DNA of 64,000 bases from a virus: positions 1 to 64,000 of IMG/VR virus record IMGVR_UViG_3300034175_000017; one strand, 5' to 3'. The notes below the pieces were generated by a model, which was not told the DNA's origin, made no database searches, and worked only from the letters and a program-made list of their open reading frames with translations. Made by a program: the position numbers and the translations under genes. Shown here one piece after another: positions 46,261-56,456 of the stretch (positions are counted from its first letter, which is position 1; each line of letters starts with the position of its first letter).

Positions 46261-48021
46261 TTACTCAGTATTACCTAAGTCGATCACATGATCGGCTGCT
46301 GCCACGCCGCGATGCGTGACGAGGATGACTTGCTTGAGGTGGCCCTTGTCGAGCAGCGCAGCCATTGCTTCGGCCACTGCTTCACGTCGGCTCTCGTCAG
46401 CAAAAGCATCCATTTCATCCCCAAGAAACACAGGGAAGGTCTCAACGACGAGCACCTGCCCAAGCGCAAGACGAAGGGCGATGTTGGCGACGGTCTCGTT
46501 GCCGCCAGATAGGGTCTCGATACTTTGACCGTTGACCGTTATCTCCATGTCGTCGTCAACAATTACTTCGGAATACTTTCCGTTGGTCATATCGTTTAGG
46601 AGACGCGAAGCGACTCGACTAAGAGACGGAGCAAGGAGCGCCTTGAGCGTGGCCCTTGCATCTGCAAGGCTAGTTGCTCCTTCTCGGAATGCGTCAGCAA
46701 GTCGCAGGGCTTCCGCGATTTCTGCCGAGGTTTTTTCGTATCGGTCTTGCTGCACTTGGTAATCATTGAGTAGCCTTTCATAGTAGCGAGCGTCAAACAG
46801 CCGTGTCTTGAGAGCGTCCAAATCTGCTGCGGTGGGCACGTCACCCATGAGAGCAAGGTCACGCTTGGCGTTGGCGTTGATTACACGCTGACCTTCGGCA
46901 CGCTTGGTTAAGGCATCAAAGCCGTTCCACTGTGCGATCAGGTTATTCACTGAGTGCAGTTCTTCGTTCACGTCTTGTGTCTTAGGCAATGCCGCCAGTT
47001 CTGCGCGAGCCTTGTTGGAGTCCTCGATCAACCGCATCATCTGACCGTGACGACGTATCTCTTCTCGCGTCAGGTCAGGACCATCAGGCATAGTGACATG
47101 ACCAACCCCCGGCACGAAGTTGTCGCCGCAGGTGGGGCAGGTGACAGCATTCTCAGCAAGGGCATGATAGGCTAGACGCTCGACAGCTTTCTCAAGCTGC
47201 TCTGGCGTATATTCGTTCTCAGTCTGCTCAACGATCTGTGCTTGGAGAGCTTTTCGTTGAGCCTCGACGCGCTTGTGCTTGTCCTGTCGGGCTATCAAAA
47301 CCTCACGTTCACCGTCCTTCGGGCGCACACCATCGGGCTTAGGGATTTCTTTCTCGGGTCGAATAAGCTCGCGTAGTTTTTGTGCCAGCTTGTAGCGATC
47401 TTCATCCTGCGCGTATTCCAGCCCAAGGTCGCTGCTGGTTTCATAGTCGTCGGGCTTGACCGGCTTCTCGGGCACGAAAAGCTGTCGCGTCAGCGCCTCG
47501 GCCTCGCGCTTGTAGGTCGCAGCCTCGTTCTTCACAGCCTTCTCAACCTGCTCGTTGCTGGTAAGGCCCACGACTTCATCGACCATGCGCTTGCGCTCGG
47601 CTGGTCGCATGGCTCCGAAGATGTCAGCCTTCTTCTGCACGCTGGCATTGCACACGTCGAACACGGACAGGCCGTAGCCCATCAGTTCGATGATCTTCTT
47701 GTTGACAGCATCAGCACCAACGGCCAGCACCTCTCCGGTGGTGTCCGTAATGGTTTCCTTCTTGCTAGAGCGTGCGATTGTGTAGTCAGCACCCTTGATG
47801 TTGACAACGCCTGACGCATCAAGCTTCTTGTAATCTGACGCTGGCCCTCGTAGGGCGGCTTTCCCGTAAAGCAGGAAGCGGGACATCTCGATGGAGCCGA
47901 AGGTCTTGCCAACTCCATTGGGTCCGATGACGGCGGTGAGGCCCGGTTGTGGTTCAAACTTCCCTTCCAAGGCAACTTGGTTTATAGGGAAGGCAACCGA
48001 GTAGGTGATATTTTTCAGCAT
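46261..48021 (-). CDS. SbcC/Rad50-like (T4 gp46-like) ATPase
   Basis: GPNGVGKT Walker A, Q-loop, Zn hook CPTC, LSGGNE signature, FLGDEMD, VTH. Confidence 0.92.
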   Translation of the reverse strand: MLKNITYSVAFPINQVALEGKFEPQPGLTAVIGPNGVGKTFGSIEMSRFLLYGKAALRGPASDYKKLDASGVVNIKGADYTIARSSKKETITDTTGEVLAVGADAVNKKIIELMGYGLSVFDVCNASVQKKADIFGAMRPAERKRMVDEVVGLTSNEQVEKAVKNEAATYKREAEALTRQLFVPEKPVKPDDYETSSDLGLEYAQDEDRYKLAQKLRELIRPEKEIPKPDGVRPKDGEREVLIARQDKHKRVEAQRKALQAQIVEQTENEYTPEQLEKAVERLAYHALAENAVTCPTCGDNFVPGVGHVTMPDGPDLTREEIRRHGQMMRLIEDSNKARAELAALPKTQDVNEELHSVNNLIAQWNGFDALTKRAEGQRVINANAKRDLALMGDVPTAADLDALKTRLFDARYYERLLNDYQVQQDRYEKTSAEIAEALRLADAFREGATSLADARATLKALLAPSLSRVASRLLNDMTNGKYSEVIVDDDMEITVNGQSIETLSGGNETVANIALRLALGQVLVVETFPVFLGDEMDAFADESRREAVAEAMAALLDKGHLKQVILVTHRGVAAADHVIDLGNTE

Positions 48022-48107
48022 GAGATTTCCATAGCAACCACTTCCTATCATTGATATGTTTTTTTCTTCTATTACTAAGTATAATACATAAAAGAAAGCC
48101 TTATAAA

Positions 48108-48722
48108 ATGAACCTCCCCGTATTTTATGACCGACTCCGCAAAGGGAAACTGCTTGGGCCGGTGTTGGATGCGGACGAGTTCGAGGGGACCAGCGAGATT
48201 GTCAACGCAGCATTGGTGCGGGGTGTTGGCCTAGCACAATTGGCTTACATGCTGGCGACGACCTACCATGAGACCAACGGCACCATGCAGCCGATCAAGG
48301 AACTCGGTGGACACGGCTATCTCACTCGTATGTATGACCCTCGCGGCACGCGCCCCACGTTGGCGAAGCGCAACGGAAACATTTATCCCGGCGACGGAAT
48401 CAAGTATGCTGGTCGCGGTTTTGTGCAGTTGACGTGGCGCGGGAACTACGCTCGCGTCGGTGCGCTGTTGAAGATTGACCTTGTGAACAACCCCGACCTT
48501 GCTATGACGCTGCCGGTCGCCGCTCGTATTCTCGTTGAGGGGATGATGGCCGGATGGTTTACGGGCGTGTCGCTGACGAAGCGACTGCCTGCCAAAGGTA
48601 AGGCTACTCGCGCACAGTTCGTGCTTGCACGTCCTATCATCAACGGAACGGACAAAGCCGACAAGATCGCTGGCTATGCCATGATCTTCCAAGAGGACTT
48701 AATTGTAGCGGGGATGTCATGA
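48108..48722 (+). CDS. Endolysin, glycoside hydrolase family 19
   Basis: LAYMLATTYHET...PIKE...YAGRGFVQLTWRGNY...IINGTDKA. Confidence 0.92.
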   Translation: MNLPVFYDRLRKGKLLGPVLDADEFEGTSEIVNAALVRGVGLAQLAYMLATTYHETNGTMQPIKELGGHGYLTRMYDPRGTRPTLAKRNGNIYPGDGIKYAGRGFVQLTWRGNYARVGALLKIDLVNNPDLAMTLPVAARILVEGMMAGWFTGVSLTKRLPAKGKATRAQFVLARPIINGTDKADKIAGYAMIFQEDLIVAGMS

Positions 48723-48901
48723 CACCACTCGAATGGCTGCTGATACTATCCATCGGTAAACTGGTGGTTGGCTCGCTGCTTACCCTAGTCCTTTGGGAGA
48801 GCTTGCAAAAGTTCAAAAAGTCAATATTGACAATCGTCACAATCTTAACGGTTGCTAATATCTTTTGTATCTACATCCTCATTGAGATTTTGTTTCCATG
48901 A
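48719..48901 (+). CDS. Small 2-TM protein (holin/antiholin candidate)
   Basis: Hydrophobic; inside the lysis cassette. Confidence 0.5.
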   Translation: MTPLEWLLILSIGKLVVGSLLTLVLWESLQKFKKSILTIVTILTVANIFCIYILIEILFP

Positions 48902-49293
48902 TTTCGCCACCTGCCACACTCAAGAGCCGCTACGGATGGACGCTTGTTGCGTTTGCTCTGGCTGCATTCACTGTCGCCGCCTTCGTGGGCTGGCAACTCT
49001 ATGAGACTGCGCCGCGTGCGTGGTGCGCTCTTGCGGAAGCTACGTCTCCTGAGAACACGAACGCGTGTCTCGCTGTTCTGCTCAAGCTCATTGACATGAA
49101 GGACCATGCGCTCATTGGTCTCATGTCCATCCTCGGCATCACTGTGGTCAGCATCCTTGCTGTCGCCTTGGGCCTTCGCATTTCTGCGGCTGGCCCCGGT
49201 GCCACCTCAATCAACGTTGGTGCCAGCGACACTACCGTTCAGAATGAAGACGTTTCGCTGACTGTCCCCACCCCTCCCTCAGAGTCCAAATAA
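48898..49293 (+). CDS. Holin candidate
   Basis: Two TM helices; between endolysin and spanins. Confidence 0.6.
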   Translation: MISPPATLKSRYGWTLVAFALAAFTVAAFVGWQLYETAPRAWCALAEATSPENTNACLAVLLKLIDMKDHALIGLMSILGITVVSILAVALGLRISAAGPGATSINVGASDTTVQNEDVSLTVPTPPSESK

Positions 49294-49294
49294 A

Positions 49295-49738
49295 ATGGCA
49301 TTGTCTATCAAATCCATCCTCGGCGGCTCACTCTGGAAAGCCGCTACCATCGTTGCCTTTCTCGCTTCGCTCGTTGTCGGCTACTTCCTGATTCAATCAG
49401 GGTTCGAGAACAAGCAGATCACCAAGGAGCGCGACCGTCTTGCATTGACGATCACCGATCCCAAGACCGGCTACATCGCACGGCTCACACAGGCTAATGC
49501 GAACGTGGTGATCTTGCAGAAGGCTATCGAGACGCAGAACATCGCGTTTACGAAGCAGTCTGAGGCGTCGAAGGTTGAACTACGACGCTTGACAAAGGAA
49601 CTCGCCTTGGCCCAAGCAAAGTCGCGTGAGGCTGAACGTCGCCTAGCGGAGTTCATGTCACGGAAACCACAGGGTGCTACCTTGCAGGACCGGATCACCG
49701 ACATTGATAACCGAGTTCTGAAAGACCTGAAACGATGA
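49295..49738 (+). CDS. i-spanin (Rz-like)
   Basis: N-terminal TM plus periplasmic coiled coil. Confidence 0.8.
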   Translation: MALSIKSILGGSLWKAATIVAFLASLVVGYFLIQSGFENKQITKERDRLALTITDPKTGYIARLTQANANVVILQKAIETQNIAFTKQSEASKVELRRLTKELALAQAKSREAERRLAEFMSRKPQGATLQDRITDIDNRVLKDLKR

Positions 49739-50025
49739 AAGCCGCCTTCCTTCTACCTCTATTGCTGTTGTCAGCCTGTGCTACCAAGCAGGCAGCAGTG
49801 CCAGAGCCGATCATCAAGACGGTAACAGTCAACGTGCCGGTGTCGCAAGCGTGCGTCCCGAAGACGATGACAGCACCGCCAACCTACGTTGATACTGACG
49901 AGGCTTTGCTTGCAGCTAAGGATGCAGCAGAGCGTTATCAGCTTGTCTACGCTGGTCGCATGCAGCGCGTAGCGCGGCTAGGCGAAGTAGAACCAGTGAT
50001 CGCGTCATGCCCGAAGGAAAAGTAA
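49735..50025 (+). CDS. o-spanin lipoprotein (Rz1-like)
   Basis: Lipobox LSAC; Pro/Cys-rich. Confidence 0.85.
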   Translation: MKAAFLLPLLLLSACATKQAAVPEPIIKTVTVNVPVSQACVPKTMTAPPTYVDTDEALLAAKDAAERYQLVYAGRMQRVARLGEVEPVIASCPKEK

Positions 50026-50415
50026 GTGCCCGAAACCGAGGATTACCGGGAGTTGCGTGATAAGGTCGCCTCGCTTGAGCTTGCTACTGCCGAGAACCGG
50101 CATGCCCTCGCTAACAGCCGTCAGATTCTTGACGTAAAGCTGGACAAGATCACTGGCGACATCACCGACTTGAAGAATGCCCTAAAGTGGGCCGGTGGTC
50201 TCATCATATCTTTGATGCTGTCGTTCATGGCGTGGGCTGCACTTCAGCAGTATAACGCCAACGAGTCGCAGAAGAAGGATTTGCAAGAGCAAGTCTCGCT
50301 CCTCAAGACGCAAGATCAAGCGGCCAAGGAGCGAGACATGATACTCAAACAGATTCAGGCACAGCAGGGTGGGTCAATAGTTCGTATTGACCCTGATCCT
50401 ACGCCACGCCAGTAG
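50026..50415 (+). CDS. Single-TM coiled-coil protein (hemolysin XhlA-like / lysis accessory)
   Basis: Coiled coil - TM - coiled coil. Confidence 0.6.
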   Translation: MPETEDYRELRDKVASLELATAENRHALANSRQILDVKLDKITGDITDLKNALKWAGGLIISLMLSFMAWAALQQYNANESQKKDLQEQVSLLKTQDQAAKERDMILKQIQAQQGGSIVRIDPDPTPRQ

Positions 50416-50851
50416 AAGAGAAGCGGCCTTCGCCGCGCTCGGTCTCTTCTGTGTCAATGAAATCGACTTCATCAATCTCGGCCCGTAGCACTGGCGCTGT
50501 AACAGCCTGCGCTACGCGGTCGCCACGCTTGATATAGAAATCTTCCAGACCCAAGTTGGTCAACAGCACCATGATTTCACCACGGTAGTCGCTGTCAACA
50601 GTCCCCGGCCCATTCGTAACGAAGATACCTTTCGAGGCCAGCCCGCCCCTTGAGCGTATCTGAATCTCGTAGCCTTCGGGGACCACCATTCGGATGCCGG
50701 TGGCGACGACCTTTGTCGCGCCTCTTGCGACCATCACGTCCTCTGCGGACGACAGGTCCATCCCCGCCGAACCCTCTGTTTGGTAACGTGGGAAGGGTAG
50801 GCCCGCCCCATGCGGCAGGACTTCCAGCTTCACTTTGATTGTGCTCTGCAT
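50399..50851 (-). CDS. dut: dUTPase (trimeric)
   Basis: SAGMDL, RSRGGLA, GTVDSDYRGE, RVAQ, RGEGRFSSTG. Confidence 0.96.
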   Translation of the reverse strand: MQSTIKVKLEVLPHGAGLPFPRYQTEGSAGMDLSSAEDVMVARGATKVVATGIRMVVPEGYEIQIRSRGGLASKGIFVTNGPGTVDSDYRGEIMVLLTNLGLEDFYIKRGDRVAQAVTAPVLRAEIDEVDFIDTEETERGEGRFSSTGVA

Positions 50852-51042
50852 AGGTATTCTCCATCCATTCGATACCAGTGGTCACAGCCGATGCTAGTCT
50901 TTGTGGCGTGTGAACATCTAGCGATAGTTGATACGATGCCCCCTCAGGGGGGCGGTGACTGCTGATGCGGATTACCGCTCTGTTCCAATCACGCGGGAAC
51001 AGGATGACGTAACGACTGTCAGATCGTGCAACCAACGAGGAT

Positions 51043-52071
51043 TCAACCCTCGCTGGTATTCCCATCTGTCTCGCCTTGTCGAACAGCTTCAGGGCTACCG
51101 TCATGCTGTTCTGCGGTGGTGTCTTCATAAGGCAGGCGCTCCTTAATGAAATCCCGAACCTTGGGATCGAGCTTAGCGATACGCTCGGACAAGATTTTAT
51201 TCCAGTCAAAATCTGCAAGTGACGCAGTAACCTTTGTCGGTTGCTCATCGACCTTCACCCTCTTTTGGGTGACTGCCAGCGCGTCTAGGTCAGGCAAATC
51301 CTCGCCGGGTTTCAGCAGGACGCGAACATGCTTGCCCTTAAAATCGTCAGCAGGGCGGCTACGCGCCTCGTCAGCCGTGATTGTCAGGTAGAGACGGCCC
51401 GCAGGGTCCTCACCGTGGCTGTAGGGCTGTAGCGAGCCTGTGCAGATGACTTCTCCATACCTGCCGGGGACATGATAGTGGCCGCTCCACAGTGGCACGT
51501 CACCGAAGGCAGCGCGAAGCTCCTTGATGGGCACAAAGTGCTTGTCTTTCTCGGCGTCGAACAGGGTCAGGTCCCAATGCCCTACCACTGTAAGGATGCC
51601 GGTCTCACCTGCGAGGTCTGAAACTTGCTCGTCGGCTCTGCGGTCCCATTCCCAAGGAAAGAGGGCTACTGATTTGACGACCATTGGCCGACGAGCAATT
51701 AAGAGATTCTCATAACGACCTCCCAAGCGTTCTTCAAGGTCGTGGAAGGCCCCCACAGCGGTTGTGTTGCGAGGCATGTCGTGGTTGCCAGCCATCATGA
51801 CGTAAGTCACGTCAGGGTTATTAAGGGCTGCGCTTACTAAGGCTTGCTGTGTCTCTGTAACTACTGCGTAGCCTACATAAGGATGATCGAAGAGGTCTCC
51901 GACCATGATAATGAGGTCTGCGTCCACCTCAAGGCGGTCGCGGAAGTCTTGGAACTGGCTGGCCTCACGCTTTCCCCTGTTACGCAGCGACACACCCTGC
52001 TCGAACTTCTTGCCAAGGTGGGGGTCTCCGATCAGGTGAACGCGCAGGCCGTCAGGCAGCACGAAGTCCAT
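51043..52071 (-). CDS. SbcD/Mre11-like (T4 gp47-like) nuclease
   Basis: GDPHLG, GDLFD, GNHD, GHWD, SGHYH. Confidence 0.9.
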   Translation of the reverse strand: MDFVLPDGLRVHLIGDPHLGKKFEQGVSLRNRGKREASQFQDFRDRLEVDADLIIMVGDLFDHPYVGYAVVTETQQALVSAALNNPDVTYVMMAGNHDMPRNTTAVGAFHDLEERLGGRYENLLIARRPMVVKSVALFPWEWDRRADEQVSDLAGETGILTVVGHWDLTLFDAEKDKHFVPIKELRAAFGDVPLWSGHYHVPGRYGEVICTGSLQPYSHGEDPAGRLYLTITADEARSRPADDFKGKHVRVLLKPGEDLPDLDALAVTQKRVKVDEQPTKVTASLADFDWNKILSERIAKLDPKVRDFIKERLPYEDTTAEQHDGSPEAVRQGETDGNTSEG

Positions 52072-52292
52072 TAGGCTTTCCGCTTCTTCGGCTTACCATG
52101 ACGATCCAGCACGATCCAAGAGCGCGGACGGCTCTGTAGGTGAGGGATGGTGTTGATGCAGTCCTGTAGGTTCTCGTAGGACTCGGTGGTCGCGTAGATT
52201 TTGCGCCCGTTCTTGCTGACATACCGCCAACGCCACTTGTCTTTCAGCAGACCCGAGGGGTAGACGTAGAACTGTCCTTGAATGTCATCCAT
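52071..52292 (-). CDS. YegP/DUF1508-like protein
   Basis: WRWRYVSKNGRKIY.T.ESY....DC. Confidence 0.7.
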   Translation of the reverse strand: MDDIQGQFYVYPSGLLKDKWRWRYVSKNGRKIYATTESYENLQDCINTIPHLQSRPRSWIVLDRHGKPKKRKA

Positions 52293-52858
52293 TACAGCAC
52301 CTCACTTGGAATGAAACGGGACTTGATGTGCATGAGCATATCAATCTGATACGCGCAGTCATGCAGACCATTGTGTGCGTCACCCTCGTTGACGACGCGG
52401 CCCTCCAAGTCAGGATGCTCCGGGTTGCCGATCAGACCAGCGGCGAAGCTGTTGAGGTCACGCGCATAGCGAAAGTGATACGGCATCTTCATATCCAAGG
52501 ACTCCAAGGCGTCCGCAAGGAACGCAAAGTCGAAGGAGAGAGGCTTGCTCCAGAAGCGATAGCCGTTGGCAGGCGCACCATCAGTGGAGAACTTCACGAA
52601 GTCCTCATACACAGGACGTGCAGGCTCGGAGCGCATGATGATGCTCTCGTAGACCTTGCGGTTACGACCATTCCAGAACTCACGCGTGCTGTCGCTCCAC
52701 CCTCGGAAGGGGAGCGGCATAGGACAGCGGTCGAACATGCCCCCTAGCTCGCCGGTCTCGTAGTTGAACTTGATAGCAGAAACTTGGATGATCCCTGACG
52801 TGTGGGGGTTGGTGCCCATCGTCTCAATATCAACCATCACGTCAGTCATATTTTCCAC
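52292..52858 (-). CDS. DEDD 3'-5' exonuclease (DUF5051-like)
   Basis: VMVDIETMG...SFDF...RD...AHNGLHDC. Confidence 0.88.
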   Translation of the reverse strand: MENMTDVMVDIETMGTNPHTSGIIQVSAIKFNYETGELGGMFDRCPMPLPFRGWSDSTREFWNGRNRKVYESIIMRSEPARPVYEDFVKFSTDGAPANGYRFWSKPLSFDFAFLADALESLDMKMPYHFRYARDLNSFAAGLIGNPEHPDLEGRVVNEGDAHNGLHDCAYQIDMLMHIKSRFIPSEVL

Positions 52859-53262
52859 GGCTGCAAATCCTTAAACTTAATGGATCGCTTACCGTCTTCG
52901 ATGAGCGATGAATATTGAAGGCAAGACATAACAAACCATTGCCCTAATTCATAGGAGAAAATGTAGAATTGATAGCTGTGGGAGCCTCGCTTGGCCTCAC
53001 GAATAGCAGCCTGATGCTGTCCGTCTTGTATCGCACCAAAGGGGAAGCTCACGCCTTTCAGCGTGGACTTCACCTCGGCATAGTGCAGCGGATCAACAGG
53101 TGACGAGACAAGGAAGTCAGAAGGCTTCTTGAAATCGCTGATGTTCTTGACGCCGGGGTTCAGGGCCATCAAGTCCTTGCGATCACGAAGACGCTGGACG
53201 TGCCCCTTGGCAGACCAGTGTCGTTCAAATGCCCTCTCGGCTTCCTTGCCGTCGTTTTTCAT
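52846..53262 (-). CDS. RecU-like Holliday junction resolvase (PD-(D/E)xK)
   Basis: GKEAE...PSDF...AEVKST...F..IQ..Q. Confidence 0.8.
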   Translation of the reverse strand: MKNDGKEAERAFERHWSAKGHVQRLRDRKDLMALNPGVKNISDFKKPSDFLVSSPVDPLHYAEVKSTLKGVSFPFGAIQDGQHQAAIREAKRGSHSYQFYIFSYELGQWFVMSCLQYSSLIEDGKRSIKFKDLQPWKI

Positions 53263-53516
53263 GATCGGAAGTCGTCAGCAGTTTCAGGGACCGTCCGTGA
53301 CGCTGCGATAGCTCCGCGAATATACAGGCCAAACGCCGTGCCGATCTGCATCATCAGCATGGCTTGACGGTCCTGCCGCTGCCACCATGCAAGGTTGAAG
53401 TCCCACAGGGCCACAGCCACAATCAGGTAGGGCACCACTAGGATCAGGAAAGCGAGGATCGCATAGCCGATCAGCCGTCCCGTCATTTCAGGGCTTATCT
53501 TCATGTAAACATCCAA
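53259..53516 (-). CDS. Small membrane protein
   Basis: Two hydrophobic segments. Confidence 0.55.
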   Translation of the reverse strand: MDVYMKISPEMTGRLIGYAILAFLILVVPYLIVAVALWDFNLAWWQRQDRQAMLMMQIGTAFGLYIRGAIAASRTVPETADDFRS

Positions 53517-56101
53517 TCCAAAAGGGTTTCAATCTGTGGTTCGTCAAGGGCCTTACCCTCATACTCCTTGCCGATCACACCTTCAATAGCCGAAGCCTCG
53601 TCCAACTCGATCTGCGTCATCTTAGGATCGGTCTTGGAGAATGGCCGGAAGGTGCGTCCCATTGCAACGGTGCAGTGGAGCGGCAAGGTCTTCACAATGT
53701 CAGGGTGAGTGGTCATAGCCTCACGCAGGACGGGGATGAAGGCAGGCACGTCACGCTTATTCACGCTGAACACAAGCTCGTCGTGAATAGGCATCATCAA
53801 GCGAGCCTTGATGTCAGTTTCGATCAGCTTGGGCTTGAGGTTGAGCAGAGTGCGCTTGGCCAACGTGGCACAGGTGCCTTGGATTTCTGCGTTCACCACC
53901 TGATTGCGAGCACGGCCCTGTATCTTACGGATGGCCTTCTCGGCATAGTTCTGCATCCCCGGCGCAGCCGTGATCTGCATGAACTTGTCCTTCATCTGCC
54001 TGCCCCACTCGCTCGTCGTCTCGAAACGATTGCGGCGGTGCCCGTCAGGGAGAATGACGTAGCCGTGCTCTGCTGCGAACTGGTGCCGCCCGACACGCCA
54101 CGCTTCCTCGTCAGGGAAACGCTCACGATACTTGTCTACGGCGTCCCAATGCTCTTTGTCTGACCAACCAAGGTTTGCCGCCACCGTGGAAAGAGCACCC
54201 GAATACCAGTAGGAGAAGTTAATCCCCTTTCCGACAGCAGTGCCCCGCGCCCACTTGTGAAAGTCCGAAGGTGAAAGGGTCTGACCGGACATATCAACGA
54301 GCGTTCGATTGTTGGGGTTTCGGCCATACTTGAACTCCTTGAACTCTTCCTCAGTCAGCCCCGGCAGGGTCTTGACCGACAATCCATCGACTGCTGCGCC
54401 CGAGTGCATGTCTCCATAGGGCAACTGCCCATAGACCTTGCGAAATCCCTCGCCGCCAGACAGTTCACCAATGAGGACCAACTCGATGGCAGACCAGTCA
54501 GCGGAAACGACGACGCTATCGTCATCATCAGCAAGATAGAACCCTCGGATATATGCGGACTCTCCCAACTTGGCGAGTTGCATAGGGTTTGGGAACGACG
54601 TGGCAAGTCGTCGCGTGGCAAGCTGTGAGGAAAGGCTAGGATAGACACGGCTGGTATCGGGGTCCATAAGTTGAGTGTAGGGCGTCAGATACAGCTTCAT
54701 GCGCTGGTCAATGTCGGCCATTAGCTGAATGGACTCCATCAAGTCCATCTTCTGCTGGTCAACCAACTTCAATCTGATCTTACCGCGAGCGTCACCGTCC
54801 GACTGCACCTTGCCATGCTCATACACGATAGGCAGGCCAGCCAGATCATACATCAGCACACGCATAGTCTGCCAGTAGCCGAGGTTCAGCTTGCCAGCAG
54901 GCACGGCCATGTTGTTCTCTGCCGCCCATCCATTGCCGACAGGGTTGGCAGTCTGGAAGCACTGCGTGAAGTCATCGTCGCTGTCATCTGAACGTGCCCA
55001 CAATTCAATCTGATTGCGCTTCTTCATCCAGTGCGTAGCATACCAATCTTCCTTCTCCATCAGCTTCTCATTGGGCTTGCCGGGGAAGGGGAGCATGGCC
55101 TTGACCTGTGCTTTGAACTTGCGAAGCAGCTTCGCCATTTCCTCGCGCTCAATGTCACGACGCTTGAAGACTTCAACAAGGTTAAGTCGAATACCTTCCA
55201 ACCATGCGTCAGCATAGAGGTAGATCATCGGGTTCTCGGTCAACAAGAACGCCTTGAGCGCAGCCGGATTAGTCTTGAGCATGTCGTTGAACATGCGACG
55301 GAAGTGTAGCACCGCCCAATAGGCATCGTCGGCACCGTAGGCCACGACTTGCTCACCAGTAAGCTCGCCCATGTGGTTCGCGCCGTTCTCTTTCAGCACT
55401 TCGTCATAGGTCTTCTGCTTCACACCGTAGGCGCTGAACGTCAGCTTCTTAAGTGAGTAGCCGTAAGCAATACTGTCAACGAATCCGTTGTAGTTGTGAG
55501 CAGACTTACTCTCTTTGGCTGTAAACTTTCCAAGGAGTTCTTGCTGCTTGGCGTTCGGGCTGGCCCCACGCTCATAACTAGCCCATTCCGTGACGATAGG
55601 TGCTGCGAGCGTCTTGGAGAAAGCGTAGGGGAGCGGCGTTTGCGCGAACGTGGTGAGGTCATATTCGTCAGGTCCATGATGGGACACCGCCATCTGCATG
55701 GTGCAGATCACGTTGTCGAGTTGAACACCCAAGCACTGGTTGAACATCACCAGTTCAAAGGGAGCGTTATGAGCGATGCACAAGGCATCCTTGCTTGCTG
55801 CTTCCAGCACCTCAAGCGCCACGCTCTGCTGCAAGCGGTTCGCTTCGTCAGCGTGAGCGAGGTTGAAATAGTATGCGGTGTCGCTGCCCTCGACGTAGGT
55901 CGAGAAGCCGGTCATCACAGTGCGGCGGTGGTCAAAGACGTGCCGCTTCTTGTTGTTATAGATTTCGAGACCCGGATGCCGGTTCTCGTCCTGCGTCTCG
56001 CAGTCAAGGCCATACACCTCGCACGTTGCAAGCTCTGCCTTAATGGCGTCGAGCGTCTCACGCGGGGTATTGGCGTCAACGAGGACTGACTTGATGCTCA
56101 T
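53501..56101 (-). CDS. polA: DNA polymerase family A with 3'-5' exonuclease
   Basis: LDCET, AHNAPFE, YGADD exonuclease motifs; TRRL...PNPMQ, ADWSAIEL (motif A), KGINF..WY (motif B), IQGT, IHDELVF (motif C). Confidence 0.95.
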   Translation of the reverse strand: MSIKSVLVDANTPRETLDAIKAELATCEVYGLDCETQDENRHPGLEIYNNKKRHVFDHRRTVMTGFSTYVEGSDTAYYFNLAHADEANRLQQSVALEVLEAASKDALCIAHNAPFELVMFNQCLGVQLDNVICTMQMAVSHHGPDEYDLTTFAQTPLPYAFSKTLAAPIVTEWASYERGASPNAKQQELLGKFTAKESKSAHNYNGFVDSIAYGYSLKKLTFSAYGVKQKTYDEVLKENGANHMGELTGEQVVAYGADDAYWAVLHFRRMFNDMLKTNPAALKAFLLTENPMIYLYADAWLEGIRLNLVEVFKRRDIEREEMAKLLRKFKAQVKAMLPFPGKPNEKLMEKEDWYATHWMKKRNQIELWARSDDSDDDFTQCFQTANPVGNGWAAENNMAVPAGKLNLGYWQTMRVLMYDLAGLPIVYEHGKVQSDGDARGKIRLKLVDQQKMDLMESIQLMADIDQRMKLYLTPYTQLMDPDTSRVYPSLSSQLATRRLATSFPNPMQLAKLGESAYIRGFYLADDDDSVVVSADWSAIELVLIGELSGGEGFRKVYGQLPYGDMHSGAAVDGLSVKTLPGLTEEEFKEFKYGRNPNNRTLVDMSGQTLSPSDFHKWARGTAVGKGINFSYWYSGALSTVAANLGWSDKEHWDAVDKYRERFPDEEAWRVGRHQFAAEHGYVILPDGHRRNRFETTSEWGRQMKDKFMQITAAPGMQNYAEKAIRKIQGRARNQVVNAEIQGTCATLAKRTLLNLKPKLIETDIKARLMMPIHDELVFSVNKRDVPAFIPVLREAMTTHPDIVKTLPLHCTVAMGRTFRPFSKTDPKMTQIELDEASAIEGVIGKEYEGKALDEPQIETLLDWMFT

Positions 56102-56234
56102 TTCGGGTTCCATTTCGGTAAGCTCTTGCCCTTGAGGGCAGCGTAGTCAGAGCAGGTAGGGGAGACACAGAGCACTCTGCTGCCTTCGACCACGCGAAGG
56201 TGCCGAGGGTGTAGGTAGTCGGTGTGCGTAGCCT

Positions 56235-56456
56235 TCACGTCCGCACCCATTGATCGTTAAGATGCGCTGGCTTGCCGGGGATAGTTTCATGCCGGATGCG
56301 ACCGGCCTCGCGCTCACGCTGTAGCAGGCTGTTGGTAGCGTTCTCAAGGTCGTCAATGGGCACGTTGGCACGCTGCAAGGCACGCCGAATGTCAGCGTGG
56401 GTGAAGGTGCCTGTTGCCATGAGAGACAGGGCTGCTCGCTCTTGTGCTGGTGTCAT
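56235..56456 (-). CDS. Small winged-helix-like protein
   Basis: FTHADI...LLQREREAGRI. Confidence 0.55.
   Translation of the reverse strand: MTPAQERAALSLMATGTFTHADIRRALQRANVPIDDLENATNSLLQREREAGRIRHETIPGKPAHLNDQWVRT

Noticed and set aside
50595-51248. 217-aa ORF between SbcD and dUTPase
   Set aside because: A real gene probably occupies ~50850-51130, but the frame overlaps both neighbours heavily and its boundaries and function cannot be supported.
53501-56101. Intron or intein in polA, terL, primase or thyA
   Set aside because: The ORFs are continuous, with normal motif spacing and no intein C/S...HN or LAGLIDADG signatures.
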